Below, one piece after another: positions 61,654 through 62,010 of a DNA stretch of 62,010 nucleotides. Under the pieces are notes generated by a model, which made no database searches, had not been told where the DNA came from, and saw nothing but the letters and a program-made list of their open reading frames with translations. A program made the translations under genes and the position numbers. This DNA comes from an uncultured Candidatus Peribacteria bacterium (GTDB lineage: Bacteria; Patescibacteriota; Gracilibacteria; UBA1369; UBA12470): contig CAZRWH010000001.1 in assembly GCA_964603905.1 (NCBI GenBank), forward strand, positions 3,146 through 65,155. The letters run 5' to 3'. Within the stretch, counting starts at the first letter, position 1. Each line of letters starts with the position of its first letter.

Positions 61654-62010
61654 TTAAGGGAATAATGCGCGGAGTTGTAATATCAGGTACTTGGTGCCCT
61701 CTATGTCGCGTTCTGCGATTGTTGTTTTCATTTGTTCAAGTATTGCGTCGGCTTGTGCAACCATCTCGGGGTTGCTGGCTTCTAGGACTTCTGGTTCGTC
61801 TGCGTATCTCTCTGAATAAGTTTGGATTGGTACTGTTGTGTGTCTCCTGAAATAAAAGTTCCAATCGAATGGCTCTTCTCTTCTTGCGCTAGATGGGGTT
61901 AGGTCGGGTGCAACACCAAGTATGTGGCGTGATAGTCCCTGCATTCTTGCTCCTATTACGCAATAGTTTGTTCTTTCTGGTTCTCCTGATGGGGTGTTTG
62001 GTGGCATAGG
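61654..62010 (-). CDS. hypothetical protein (5' end may lie beyond the window)
   Basis: 117-aa ORF from ATG 62007. The frame is still open at the window edge. No family recognised. Confidence 0.4.
   Translation of the reverse strand, partial: PMPPNTPSGEPERTNYCVIGARMQGLSRHILGVAPDLTPSSARREEPFDWNFYFRRHTTVPIQTYSERYADEPEVLEASNPEMVAQADAILEQMKTTIAERDIEGTKYLILQLRALFP

Noticed and set aside
1-62010. Alternative genetic code (UGA as a sense codon, as in Gracilibacteria/SR1), considered because of the CPR-like features.
   Set aside because: Conserved genes are intact under the standard code. TGA terminates several well-delimited genes, for example the dinG-like gene at 11393 and the 1299-aa gene at 31249-31251.

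Overview
A 62-kb, gene-dense, roughly 40% GC bacterial window with no rRNA, tRNA or CRISPR. The lineage looks like an uncultivated CPR/Patescibacteria-type organism. The evidence is an S10-spc-alpha ribosomal cluster without L30, a four-helix-bundle 'IVS' protein, and start codons with no Shine-Dalgarno; this placement is inference only.

Gene content, left to right:
- An edge-truncated 615-codon ORF on the minus strand (1-1845) that the ORF track does not list.
- A complete 9-gene V/A-type ATPase operon (1936-11020, minus strand) whose proteolipid carries an Enterococcus-type Na+-site signature.
- A DnaQ-exonuclease/DinG-like fusion, a solitary MazF/PemK-like toxin, and an SLH-domain surface protein.
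- A pyrimidine cluster (carA, pyrB, pyrC, pyrD, pyrK, pyrE, pyrF) interrupted by hypothetical genes and a four-helix-bundle gene.
- A roughly 10-kb cell-envelope island (25.5-35.4 kb). It holds two very acidic membrane-anchored proteins, one of 1299 aa with a 10-residue WxxW repeat. It also holds two WxL-like proteins, three DUF916-like paralogues (one with a LysM domain) and a small acidic secreted protein.
- A large polytopic membrane protein, rsmA, a DUF167 protein, a P-type ATPase and trmD.
- A long ribosomal/secY/adk/map/infA/rpoA block with tuf (43-61.5 kb, minus strand).

The most unusual non-coding signals:
- A roughly 160-nt intergenic element present twice (11206-11367 and 59611-59771). 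Three of its helices keep their pairing while changing sequence.
- Families of G-free, quasi-repetitive 5' leaders directly upstream of start codons, often preceded by a GC hairpin.
- rsmA, whose conserved N-terminus has no canonical start codon and lies in frame behind a single TAA.
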